A stretch of DNA of 28,064 nucleotides from Crocosphaera sp. (GCA_030065735.1 JASJDD010000016.1:1-28064), one strand, 5' to 3'; shown: positions 1-8,751, numbered from the stretch's first letter. The notes: generated by a model from the letters alone, not told the origin. Numbers and translations: made by a program.

Positions 1-256
1 GTTTCCCACTTTTCCCGAACTTCCGAGGCTTAATTTTCCTCAACTCCCTACCATTAGTATCTAAGAACTGCTCAAAGGGATAAATCTGACAAAGGATGAT
101 TATGCGATCGTAAACACCAAGGTTAAAACAATCAAAAGCTTCACCATAAAACTCATATTTAGGATTAGTTAAAAACTCTTGAAAAGCTTTTCTAATCTCA
201 ATCCGACGCTGTTTAAGTAGACAAATTGGTCCAAATGGCCGGCCAATCTCGTTCGC
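1..256 (-). pseudogene. Start-less ORF fragment of unassigned family; continues past the left window edge
   Basis: The reverse-strand frame is open from a TAG at 257-259 down to base 1 (ANEIGRPFGPICLLKQRRIEIRKAFQEFLTNPKYEFYGEAFDCFNLGVYDRIIILCQIYPFEQFLDTNGRELRKIKPRKFGKSGK...). There is no ATG/GTG/TTG in the first ~75 codons, so it is absent from the ORF track. I recognise no family motif. Confidence 0.25.
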
Positions 257-746
257 CTATGCTGGTGACGCTGCCGAGGAAGATGGTGCCAGCATTTTCC
301 TCGATGTTGAGCGTATGAAAGAAAGTGTCAACTTTCAGCAGTTAACCAGAGGTCATGCCTACCCATTGTTCTACGATACATTATTCGATGATCTGCGAAT
401 GGCAATGACAGATGAAGTAATTACTACTCGTGCTAATGGAGACGATGTTTGGTCTGCTGACGCAACCAACACTGGAGTGACTTACTCTGGACGGGATTCA
501 TTAGAGCTTATTCCCCCCATATTTCCCAAATTATGGAGGCGGTTAAATTCCTACAGCATGGATTCAGATGTTGGAAATCCAAATGATCTTAGAGAATTCA
601 TAGAGTATTTGAACTCCCTTCGCGAAGAGCGAATTTTGATTATTCCCGAACAACGAATCACTGGATTTGATAATATTTTAGAAGTTAACGGGAATGTAAT
701 CAGAATGATACCTCTGCCCGAAGACATAATTATCATATCCAGATAG
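228..746 (+). pseudogene. Staphylococcal-nuclease (thermonuclease)-like protein, N-terminally truncated, with a ~95-aa C-terminal extension
   Basis: ORF 315-746. The same frame stays open upstream to 183 and reads ...GPNGRPISFAYAGDAAEEDGASIFLDVERMKESVNFQQLTRGHAYPLFY...ANGDDVWSAD. This resembles the C-terminal third of SNase domains (YGR-x-LAY ... VN-x-x-LV-x-x-G-x-A ... G-x-W). The N-terminal catalytic part of the fold is absent, and no start codon precedes the homologous stretch. Confidence 0.4.
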
Positions 747-787
747 GCAACTGTTTGAGACTCAAGTCTTGTTCCTTGCCAGAACAA

Positions 788-1036
788 CTAAACATCGGTA
801 TGAGAGGATTTTTGGATAGTGGCAATGGCAATGTATTGACTTTCCATCAAAAATATTCCTTGGGCAAACTTTACCCCCCAATAACCCCCAGGACGACGAT
901 CAATAACAATCCCTTCATCTCCAATATCTAAAAGATCAGCCGGACGTAACATCGGCATGGGATCGGCGGTTTTGAGATAGGGGGGTTTACTCACTAAACA
1001 TACTTTGCTACCCACAGCAATTGGTTGTTCATTCAT
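788..1036 (-). CDS. Small DUF3148 / SipA-like (SH3-like fold) regulatory protein
   Basis: ORF track 788-1069. The internal ATG at 1036 (MNEQPIAVGSKVCLVSKPPYLKTADPMPMLRPADLLDIGDEGIVIDRRPGGYWGVKF) gives an 82-aa product of the length typical for this family. That ATG overlaps the upstream gene's stop as ATGA. The PPY-x-KTA-x-PMPMLRP and RRPGGYWGV motifs match my memory of cyanobacterial SipA/DUF3148 proteins. Confidence 0.6.
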   Translation of the reverse strand: MNEQPIAVGSKVCLVSKPPYLKTADPMPMLRPADLLDIGDEGIVIDRRPGGYWGVKFAQGIFLMESQYIAIATIQKSSHTDV

Positions 1037-1503
1037 TGCTTTAAAACGTCCTCTAACAATCCGCCACAAGCATCTAATAATAAGTTAATCACATGATCAA
1101 ACCCCGCTTCTCCTCCGTAATAGGGATCGGGTACTTCTTTGTCTCTGTATTGAGTGGCAAACTCACACATTAAACGCACTTTGTCATGATAAAGCTTATC
1201 GGGATCAAGTTGTAAAATATCTCGATAGTTGGAACGATCCATGGCTAAAATCAAGTCAAACTTTTCAAAATCAGATCGCTCAAACTGTCTCGCTTGTCCG
1301 ATCAATTTTATCCCCCGACGGCCAGCGGCCCCTTGCATTCGTCTATCAGGAGAAGCCCCAATATGATAACTCGATGTTCCGGCAGAATCACAGATAATCT
1401 TACCTTCTAACCCTCTTTGTTGGATTAAATAGTTCATAATATTTTCTGCAGAGGGAGAACGGCAAATGTTACCCAAACAGACAAATAGTAATTTATACGC
1501 CAT
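1033..1503 (-). CDS. Low-molecular-weight protein-tyrosine phosphatase (LMW-PTP)
   Basis: The N-terminal P-loop is VCLGNICRSPSAE (C-x5-R-S/T signature). The DPYYG general-acid loop lies near the C-terminus. The 156-aa size is typical. Confidence 0.9.
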   Translation of the reverse strand: MAYKLLFVCLGNICRSPSAENIMNYLIQQRGLEGKIICDSAGTSSYHIGASPDRRMQGAAGRRGIKLIGQARQFERSDFEKFDLILAMDRSNYRDILQLDPDKLYHDKVRLMCEFATQYRDKEVPDPYYGGEAGFDHVINLLLDACGGLLEDVLKQ

Positions 1504-1646
1504 AAATTTTACAAATGATGGTTAAACTAGAGAATCAGTAAATTTACAGTGGAACCCTTAAACATCCCCGGTGGATTGTTGATCCTATTCAATGCTAAGG
1601 TTTGACCAATAATTTTGTAAACCTATTTTTACAGAGGAACAATTTA

Positions 1647-3056
1647 ATGCTGAAATTACCAAAAAAAACACGCTCTTACGGTTCTTATTACAAGAGTTCT
1701 TACTATAATAAGGGAAAAACATTCCCTAAAATATCTTTACTGGGTATTATTATCGCTTTACCTGTGTTAATCATTCTCTCAGAATTTCTGGCCCAAGCTT
1801 ATTTAGGGATGACGGGAAAAGGAGACACCAGTAAAGGGACTTCTCCCTTGATAGAAGCCTATAAGTTACAGTTTCGCACAGCCACGGATAAACCCATCGA
1901 AGGCTTGAAAAATCAGGGTAAGTTGGTGATGCAACGGAGTTCAACGACCGGTTATGAATTCGTCAGTCCCCAAAAAAGCGAATTTTTCTCTATCAATGAA
2001 CAGGGGTTACGGGATAATGATCCGGTTCCTTTGGCGAAACCTAAAAATGAGATTCGCATCTTTGTCTTAGGAGGTTCCACAGCTTTTGGACAGTTAAACC
2101 CCAACAATAACAGTACCATTACTCATCAATTAGAAGCCCGTCTGCAACAACGGGTTAAACAACAAAAAAGTTCCCCCTCAACCTATCGTCCTGATGTCTT
2201 TCCCTTTTTTGTTCCTTCGCGACAAAAATTGATGCAGTTACCTCCTAAAATTCGGGAAGGAAATTATCGGGTGATTAATGCTGCGGTTCCTGGTTATACT
2301 TCGGGTAATCAATTATCTCAATTAACCCTAAAAATTCTGCCTTATCAACCGGATTTAATTGTGGTCTTAGATGGTTATGGAGATTTAATGTTACCCAGTA
2401 GTCACTCACAAAGCGATGTTCCTCATATTGATGAATTTTTGGCCGATGCTAAGGGACATTTTCAGAATTCTTTAAATTTTTCCGCCGATGAATGGATACA
2501 AAATATAGGGTTAGTCAGAACCTATAATTCTTTTACGAATCCTAACAAAAATGCTCGCCCTGCGGTGGATACTAGCTTGGCAATTAATACGGATGGTAAG
2601 GCTTTAAAGCATTATTTACCTGATAATAAAGATGAATTAAAACGTCGGGTGGATCGTTATCGAGAAAATCATAAACGGTTAATTCAGATGTCTGCTAAAT
2701 TGGGTATTCCCGTGGTTCTTGCCATTCAACCTGAAATTACTTCTCGTCCTATTGAAAAGCTTTCTTCTGATGAAAAAGCTATCCGCGATCGCTTAGGAAA
2801 AGAATACCTTGAGGCGTTTCCTACAGCTTATAAAGAGTTTGTTAAGGCAACTCAACAGTTAGGCAATGCTTATCCTAAAAATGTCAAAGTTTTGAATTTC
2901 TATCAAAGTAATTCTAATTTTCCTACTCCTATGTTTACTGATACTGTCCACTTAAACGAAAAGTCTAATACTGTGTTAGCAGAAACCCTTTATCATTCCA
3001 TTACCGCTTGGGAAAAAATTCAAATTATTCCCCAACATTTCTATTTGAAAAATTAA
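1647..3056 (+). CDS. Membrane-anchored SGNH/GDSL-type hydrolase (putative glycan esterase or acyltransferase)
   Basis: ORF track 1602-3056 starts at TTG. The ATG at 1647 (MLKLPKK) is preceded by GAGGA about 10 nt upstream. There is an N-terminal TM anchor (ISLLGIIIALPVLIILSEF), block I IRIFVLGGSTAFG and block V FTDTVHLN (D-x-x-H). Confidence 0.6.
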   Translation: MLKLPKKTRSYGSYYKSSYYNKGKTFPKISLLGIIIALPVLIILSEFLAQAYLGMTGKGDTSKGTSPLIEAYKLQFRTATDKPIEGLKNQGKLVMQRSSTTGYEFVSPQKSEFFSINEQGLRDNDPVPLAKPKNEIRIFVLGGSTAFGQLNPNNNSTITHQLEARLQQRVKQQKSSPSTYRPDVFPFFVPSRQKLMQLPPKIREGNYRVINAAVPGYTSGNQLSQLTLKILPYQPDLIVVLDGYGDLMLPSSHSQSDVPHIDEFLADAKGHFQNSLNFSADEWIQNIGLVRTYNSFTNPNKNARPAVDTSLAINTDGKALKHYLPDNKDELKRRVDRYRENHKRLIQMSAKLGIPVVLAIQPEITSRPIEKLSSDEKAIRDRLGKEYLEAFPTAYKEFVKATQQLGNAYPKNVKVLNFYQSNSNFPTPMFTDTVHLNEKSNTVLAETLYHSITAWEKIQIIPQHFYLKN

Positions 3057-3192
3057 TTATGAGAAAAAGGTAAGTAGGAAGTTTTAGACTTAAAACACTC
3101 CCTGAGACTTCCTCATACCTCCAAATTGTAAGCAATAGCAGATTATTCCTAACTCTGTTTTTTAGAGAAGATTAAATTCCGTTGAAACAATC

Positions 3193-4782
3193 ATGAAAAG
3201 AAGACAATTATTGGTCAATTATTTTCACATATTCATTATAATTCTATTAGTTATAGGTATCTGTTTTCGGTTTAGTAATCTAGGGGCAAAAGTTTACTGG
3301 AACGATGAAACTGCAACTTCATTTGCTATCTCTGGCTACACTCCTCAGGAATTATATGATGGTGTACAGAAAAAAATAACGACACCTGAGCAAATTTTGA
3401 AATATTACACTGTTAATTCAGAAAAAACCTCAGGTGATATGATTAGTTATCTATACAAAGAAGATGTACACCCACCCTTTTATTTTATCCTAGCACGATT
3501 TTGGAGTCAGTTGTTTGGCAGTTCTCCAGAAGCAATTCGCGCTTTATCGGCAGTGATTAGCTTAATTATATTTCCTTCTATTTATTGGCTATGTCAAGAA
3601 TTATTTAATACTTCTTCTGTTGGTTGGATGGCAATGGGGATCATAGCTGTTTCTCCATTCCACGTTATTTATGCTCAAGAAGCACGAATGTACAGTTTAT
3701 GGATCGTAGAAATCTTATTATCTAGTGCTTTATTATTAAGGGCAATACGACTCAATAAAAAAGAAAGTTGGCTATTTTATGGGCTGATACTAACCATTAG
3801 TTTATATACTTATTTAGCTAATATTTTTATTGCCATAGCCCAAGGAATATATATGTTGCTTATTGAGGGCTTTAAACTTAGCAAACGATTTTTATCTTAT
3901 CTCATTACATCGTTAATTGCTATCTTGATATTTATACCTTGGTTGTTAGTTGTTGCGACTAATCTATCCTCCTTTAAAAGTTCTTCAAATTGGGTTAATG
4001 CTAGTTATAGTTTTAAGTTATATATTTCTATGTTTACTCAAAATTTTGTAAGTGTATTTATGGATTTCTGGTATTTCCGTTTGTGGTATCCTGATTCCAA
4101 TTTTCCTCATATTCCCTGGGCAAGATTTTTGATTCCATTTACCCTATTAATAGTAGCATATTCCTTCTATTTCTTAGTTCGTAAAACATCGTGGTGGGTA
4201 TGGTCATTTGTTTTATTATTGTGTCTAATAAACATTGGAACGACAATACTGCCAGATCTAATGTCTGGTGGTATTAGAGGGATAGTACCTCGTTATCTTA
4301 TACCTTTGTTTATTGGGGTTGAAATATCTGTTGCCTATCTTCTTGCTATGAAGACTCATGAAATATCGACTAAAACCTGGCAATCACAATTATGGCGGTT
4401 AATCACTGTTATTCTCATAACAGGAGGAGTTGTCTCTTGTTTACTAAATTCTCCAACCCCTGGTTCTCTACATAAACGGACTCCCGGTGAACAAGTTCCT
4501 CCTATTGTTAATTATATTAATCAAAAAACCAATCCTATCCTTGTTGTTGCAACTCCCATGCACTATTTAATGCCTTTAGTTTATCGACTTGATTCAGATG
4601 TAAAAATCATCATAGATTACACTTTAGATACTAATAATCTTTCTGAGATTCAGTCAAGCTTTAGTAGTGTGTTTCTCTTAGAAAGTGATCAACATAAGTT
4701 TGTTAACTTAGATAAACAGCCTCTCTTAGAGAAAGAGTTAATTTTTCAAGGAGATACTTTATTTCTATCTCAAATGAAATAG
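3193..4782 (+). CDS. GT-C fold membrane glycosyltransferase (family 39, ArnT/PMT_2-like), paralog 1
   Basis: This is a 529-aa polytopic protein. It has a W-N-DE acidic motif in the first loop after TM1, then RALSAV...Y-x-L...LFN...SPFHVIYAQEARMYSLW. The pattern is collinear with the paralog at 9863-11329. Confidence 0.75.
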   Translation: MKRRQLLVNYFHIFIIILLVIGICFRFSNLGAKVYWNDETATSFAISGYTPQELYDGVQKKITTPEQILKYYTVNSEKTSGDMISYLYKEDVHPPFYFILARFWSQLFGSSPEAIRALSAVISLIIFPSIYWLCQELFNTSSVGWMAMGIIAVSPFHVIYAQEARMYSLWIVEILLSSALLLRAIRLNKKESWLFYGLILTISLYTYLANIFIAIAQGIYMLLIEGFKLSKRFLSYLITSLIAILIFIPWLLVVATNLSSFKSSSNWVNASYSFKLYISMFTQNFVSVFMDFWYFRLWYPDSNFPHIPWARFLIPFTLLIVAYSFYFLVRKTSWWVWSFVLLLCLINIGTTILPDLMSGGIRGIVPRYLIPLFIGVEISVAYLLAMKTHEISTKTWQSQLWRLITVILITGGVVSCLLNSPTPGSLHKRTPGEQVPPIVNYINQKTNPILVVATPMHYLMPLVYRLDSDVKIIIDYTLDTNNLSEIQSSFSSVFLLESDQHKFVNLDKQPLLEKELIFQGDTLFLSQMK

Positions 4783-4823
4783 CTATCAATTAGTAACCCT
4801 TAACATAATAATCGAACCGTTTT

Positions 4824-5783
4824 TTAGTTATTAAGAGCTTCTTTCCTTTCTTGATAAGCAGAATAAACTCCTTTAACGTTATACCAATTGAGAAAAATTC
4901 GAGCAATTTCTAGGGCTAATTGGGGCTTTCCTTGATTAATTAACCATTGTAAAATCGGGGCAAGAGTACGCTCGTTTAAAGTGCCTCCTAAGGATAAAAT
5001 TCCCCATAAAATACGATGAAATAAGGTCATTTGAATCATCAAACGCACTTCAAAGGTTGGGTGTTTTTGATAAAATAAAACCCCCATTCTTCCTCGTTGA
5101 ATTTCTTTATCAATTAGGTTAGGAATTTGTGCTAAACTGAAGGGAGGATGCCAATGATAGCCGACAGCTTCAGGACATTTAATTAAGGTGAGTCCTAGCT
5201 GTTTTAATCTTACTCCTAGTTCTAAATCTTCCCATCCATAGAGTTGAAAACGGGTATCAAATAACCCTGCTTTTTCTAACCATTTTCGAGGGATAGCTAC
5301 ATTTCCAGTAGCAAAATAAGCAGCCGAAAAATCCGTTATTTTGTAGGGTTCTGAAGTTGGTTGTTCAAAGTTACAAGTATTAATAACGGCCCCATAAGTA
5401 AAAAAGCGATCGCTACCTAGTTTTTTTTCTCCCTTAACCAAAGCATTAGCATGGTATTGTAAAAAGGTTTCAGTGACCACTAAATCGCTATCAATAAAGA
5501 TAATTATATCACCTTTTGCCTTATTTACCCCTAAATTTCTGGCTGCTGATGGGCCATTATGATCTTGAGAAAAGGAGCGAACATGGGGAAAATCTTGTTT
5601 ATTTTCCTTTAACCATTCTAATGTTCCATCCGTCGAGCCATCATCTACTAAAACCACTTCATAATCACTAATTTTATCATCATTTAATTGTTGTTTTTCT
5701 AAAGCCTTCAGACATTTTTCTAAAATCGGTTGACGATTGTAAGTAGGAATGACAACACTTATAAACACAGCTTTTATAATCAA
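4824..5783 (-). CDS. Glycosyltransferase family 2 (GT-A)
   Basis: Motifs seen are VVIPTYNR, VDDGSTDGT, FIDSD (DxD) and a C-terminal YGWEDLELGVRL motif of galactosyltransferase-like GT2 enzymes. The start is uncertain (TTG at 5783 or GTG at 5768). Confidence 0.85.
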   Translation of the reverse strand: MIIKAVFISVVIPTYNRQPILEKCLKALEKQQLNDDKISDYEVVLVDDGSTDGTLEWLKENKQDFPHVRSFSQDHNGPSAARNLGVNKAKGDIIIFIDSDLVVTETFLQYHANALVKGEKKLGSDRFFTYGAVINTCNFEQPTSEPYKITDFSAAYFATGNVAIPRKWLEKAGLFDTRFQLYGWEDLELGVRLKQLGLTLIKCPEAVGYHWHPPFSLAQIPNLIDKEIQRGRMGVLFYQKHPTFEVRLMIQMTLFHRILWGILSLGGTLNERTLAPILQWLINQGKPQLALEIARIFLNWYNVKGVYSAYQERKEALNN

Positions 5784-5811
5784 GAACTAGAGTAGGATAA
5801 TTGTTTTTAGT

Positions 5812-6609
5812 TTAGCGCATTTGTTGCAGAATTTGGCGAATGGTTTGGGCATCTTCTGCTGTAGGTAAAATAGATAAGTATAATTGTAAATCTGCCGTTG
5901 CTTTTTCCCATTGTCGTAATTGATAATATAATAAGCCGCGATCGCGGATTTCCAGAGGATGATTAGGAAATAATTGCAACAATAGTTCTATAATTCTCAA
6001 CATTTTAGGGTATTCTTGACGATTAAGATAAATATATTTTAAATTAGTCAACATTCTCCCTAAAATTTGTTGATTACTCACAGGGGTTAAAAAATGAGGT
6101 TCTAAAGTGACGGGTTGTTGATAAATTTCCTGTAATTTTATCTCACAATCTTCTTTAAATAAAATCTCTCCTTGGTTGAAAACATCGACAAAAATCCCTA
6201 CATTTTCAAACTCAGGACGAATGATAAAATGTCCTGGCATTCCAATACCAACCATAGGAAAATCAAGACGTTTTGCTATTTCTAAGTATATAACAGATAA
6301 GGTAATAGGAATCCCTGTTTTTTTGTCAATAACTTCATTCAAATAACTATTACTAGGATCATAATAATTGCTAGTATTACCTTGAAATCCTAACTCTTGA
6401 AACAAATATTGATTGATGATTTTTATAACTTTCAGAGGATATAATTGTTGAGATAAATTATCTTTTATTCTCTGAGCGATTATATCTAAAGTTGTTAAAT
6501 AGTCTTGTATTTTTAGTTTAGGATATTCATATTTTGCATAAATCAAAGCTGCTTTTGCTAGACTTATTTGCTGATCAGGCTTATTTATTTCTTGAAAAAA
6601 AGATTGCAT
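5812..6609 (-). CDS. SirB1-family protein (transglutaminase-like N-domain plus C-terminal TPR; UPF0162)
   Basis: The protein is 265 aa. The N-terminal LAKAALIYAKYEYPKLKIQDYL...LD pattern, the central GMPGHFI motif and the TPR-like C-terminus are typical of SirB1/YchA-like proteins. Confidence 0.65.
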   Translation of the reverse strand: MQSFFQEINKPDQQISLAKAALIYAKYEYPKLKIQDYLTTLDIIAQRIKDNLSQQLYPLKVIKIINQYLFQELGFQGNTSNYYDPSNSYLNEVIDKKTGIPITLSVIYLEIAKRLDFPMVGIGMPGHFIIRPEFENVGIFVDVFNQGEILFKEDCEIKLQEIYQQPVTLEPHFLTPVSNQQILGRMLTNLKYIYLNRQEYPKMLRIIELLLQLFPNHPLEIRDRGLLYYQLRQWEKATADLQLYLSILPTAEDAQTIRQILQQMR

Positions 6610-6748
6610 ACAAAATTAATACTTTTAGTGACTATATCATATTTATCTATAGATTAACAATAGAAGCATTTACTCATCAATATAAAAGCGATAAAATAGA
6701 TATTTGTTTTCAAAATCATGTTGATCTTGGACATGATGAATAATTTTC

Positions 6749-6964
6749 TTACTCTAATAATAAATATTCTCTCTGTCCTTTATTATCTAAAAACTGTTTT
6801 TTTCCATAATCTTGTGCTTCTTTTTGTTGTCCTATAGTAAAACTTTTATCTTTAATAAACAGTTTATTTTTAAAGATTAAACCAGGTAAATGTTGGGTTG
6901 TATCTTTTTGATGCTGAACTAAGTTACAATACTTGACCTGTTTATGATCTAGGATTTTCATCAA
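6749..6964 (-). CDS. Hypothetical small lysine-rich protein (71 aa)
   Basis: This is the only ORF in a 0.7-kb AT-rich gap. An AAGGGA sits a few nt upstream of the TTG-ATG start. No motif was recognised, and it may be non-coding. Confidence 0.25.
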   Translation of the reverse strand: MMKILDHKQVKYCNLVQHQKDTTQHLPGLIFKNKLFIKDKSFTIGQQKEAQDYGKKQFLDNKGQREYLLLE

Positions 6965-7275
6965 TGTTCCCTTTTATCTTATCCTTAATTTTTTCTGTAA
7001 TAAACTTTGTGGTTAAAAAAAGAACCCATAGGTACACTTACCCTATAAGTTGATACTGATGATAATGGTAATTGACTCTATGTTAACTTGTCAACTAAGT
7101 CATTTCAGAAAAAAAAGTTTAAGGGAAGTAATTGTTTCAAATTACAACAACTCTTGTATCATTAATATTGATATCTGGCATTTTGTTGGAAATTCTCCAG
7201 TTAGAAGATAGGATTTTATTTCGATGATCACTGGTCAGTGTTAACGGGTTTTCTTCCCTCTAACAAAAAAAATAC

Positions 7276-7306
7276 TTGACAAACCCCCAACAGGTGCTGT
7301 TATAAT
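7276..7306 (+). promoter_or_regulatory. Sigma-70-type promoter for tRNA-Gln (TTGACA, 19-nt spacer, extended -10 TGTTATAAT)
   Basis: TTGACA lies at 7276-7281 and TG-T-TATAAT at 7298-7306. The mature tRNA 5' end is 18 nt downstream of the -10 hexamer. Confidence 0.45.
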
Positions 7307-7323
7307 TACAAAGGCAACATTAT

Positions 7324-7395
7324 TGGGGTGTCGCCAAGTGGTAAGGCAGCGGGTTTTGGTCTCGCCATTCCTAGGTTCGAATCCTAGCACCCCAG
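7324..7395 (+). tRNA. tRNA-Gln (anticodon UUG)
   Basis: I folded the cloverleaf by hand. The acceptor is TGGGGTG/CACCCCA. The anticodon stem is GCGGG/CTCGC with loop TTTTGGT (TTG at 7356-7358). The T arm is CTAGG-TTCGAAT-CCTAG and the discriminator is G. CCA is not encoded. Confidence 0.95.
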
Positions 7396-7437
7396 TTATA
7401 GAACTAACTTCACTCTATTTCACGAGCAAAGGCCTCA

Positions 7438-8751
7438 CTATTGGACAAAGCGTAAAGCTTTACCCCTGATCTCTGTATTCAATTTTCCTCTTTCATAAAC
7501 AATATTTCCTCCAACAATGGTAATAACAGGCCATCCCGTTAGATTCCATCCTTCAAAGGGAGTCCAAGCACATTTTGTTTGTAATTCTTCCCGTAAAACG
7601 GGACAATAATTATCTAAATCAACTAACACTAAATCCGCATCATACCCAGGTTTAATTAACCCTTTATTGGGAATTTTATAAGCTTCTGCTGGTTTAGTAG
7701 ACATCCAATGAGACACTTGAGAAACACTACATTTTCCTGCCATTGCTTGGGTTAACATTAAAGGTAAAGAAGTCTCGACTCCAGGCATCCCTGAAGGAGA
7801 GTTAGGATAGCCTTTAGCCTTTTCTTCTAAGGTATGGGGGGCGTGATCCGTAGCAATAAAATCAATCACTCCATCGAGTAAAGCTTGCCATAGAATTTGA
7901 TTATTGTCAGGGGATCGTAACGGAGGATTCATCTGTGCCAATGTGCCAATTTTTTCATAAGCTTCTGTGTTTAATAATAAATGTTGGGGCGTTACTTCTG
8001 CTGTTACCCAACTTGGCTTATTCTCCCTTAAAAATTGTGCTTCTATTCCTGTAGAAAGATGTAAAATATGTAAACGTCTTTGATACTTTCTAGAGAGTTT
8101 GACAGCTAATTTTGTGGCATTCAAAGCCACGATTTCATCTTGAATCTGAGAGTGAATAGCCGGATCGGTAATACCAGCAAATTCTTGACGACGTTGTAAA
8201 ATTCTGGCTTGATCTTCTGCATGAACCGCAATTAAGCGATCGCCTTGAGCAAAAATAGGTTCAATTTGTGCTGCTTGAGACACCAATAAAGCCCCATGAG
8301 ACGATCCCATAAAAATTTTAATGCCACAAACCGGATTAGCCGTTAATAAATCAGGTAAATTTTCAGCAGTCGCCCCGATAAAAAATCCATAATTCACTAA
8401 GCATTTTTGAGAAGCTAAGTGCAACTTTTGGTCTATTGCAGCCTGAGTGGTGGTTAAAGGGCGCGTATTAGGCATTTCCAGGAAAGAAGTGACTCCCCCC
8501 TTCGCACAAGCACAACTCGCCGTAAATAGGTCTTCTTTGTACTCTAAACCAGGTTCTCGAAAATGCACTTGAGGATCAATGACCCCTGGTAACAAAGTTA
8601 ATCCGGTAGCGTCTATGATGTTAGTAGCACTCGATACCGTAATTTCTGGGGCAATCTGGACGATTTGCCCTTGTTCGATTAGGATATCTCCTAGGAGAAA
8701 CTCACCATCAGGTAAGAGAATACGAGGATGACGAATAAGAAGTGGTGTCAT
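7438..8751 (-). CDS. pyrC: Dihydroorotase (class I amidohydrolase)
   Basis: The metal-binding motif is DPQVHFREPG, and there is a later DHAPH motif. The 437-aa length is typical of multifunctional-type bacterial DHOase. Allantoinase or hydantoinase cannot be fully excluded without a search. Confidence 0.8.
   Translation of the reverse strand: MTPLLIRHPRILLPDGEFLLGDILIEQGQIVQIAPEITVSSATNIIDATGLTLLPGVIDPQVHFREPGLEYKEDLFTASCACAKGGVTSFLEMPNTRPLTTTQAAIDQKLHLASQKCLVNYGFFIGATAENLPDLLTANPVCGIKIFMGSSHGALLVSQAAQIEPIFAQGDRLIAVHAEDQARILQRRQEFAGITDPAIHSQIQDEIVALNATKLAVKLSRKYQRRLHILHLSTGIEAQFLRENKPSWVTAEVTPQHLLLNTEAYEKIGTLAQMNPPLRSPDNNQILWQALLDGVIDFIATDHAPHTLEEKAKGYPNSPSGMPGVETSLPLMLTQAMAGKCSVSQVSHWMSTKPAEAYKIPNKGLIKPGYDADLVLVDLDNYCPVLREELQTKCAWTPFEGWNLTGWPVITIVGGNIVYERGKLNTEIRGKALRFVQ

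Noticed and set aside
551-787. 78-aa minus-strand ORF antisense to the SNase-like remnant
   Set aside because: It is wholly antisense to the better-supported plus-strand frame, with no start context or motif.
1536-1549. 10-bp palindrome GTAAATTTAC in the divergent PTP/SGNH promoter region, considered as an NtcA site
   Set aside because: The NtcA consensus is GTA-N8-TAC, whereas this is GTA-N4-TAC. Short AT-rich palindromes are common in such DNA.
6534-6743. 69-aa plus-strand ORF overlapping the 5' end of the SirB1-like gene
   Set aside because: It overlaps a supported gene antisense, is AT-rich and low in complexity, and has no ribosome-binding site.
6940-7395. Possible att-site duplication of the tRNA-Gln 3' end, which would indicate an integrated element
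   Set aside because: Only 7-8-nt matches to the tRNA 3' end (for example CTAGGATT near 6946) were found, which is at chance level. No integrase gene is present.
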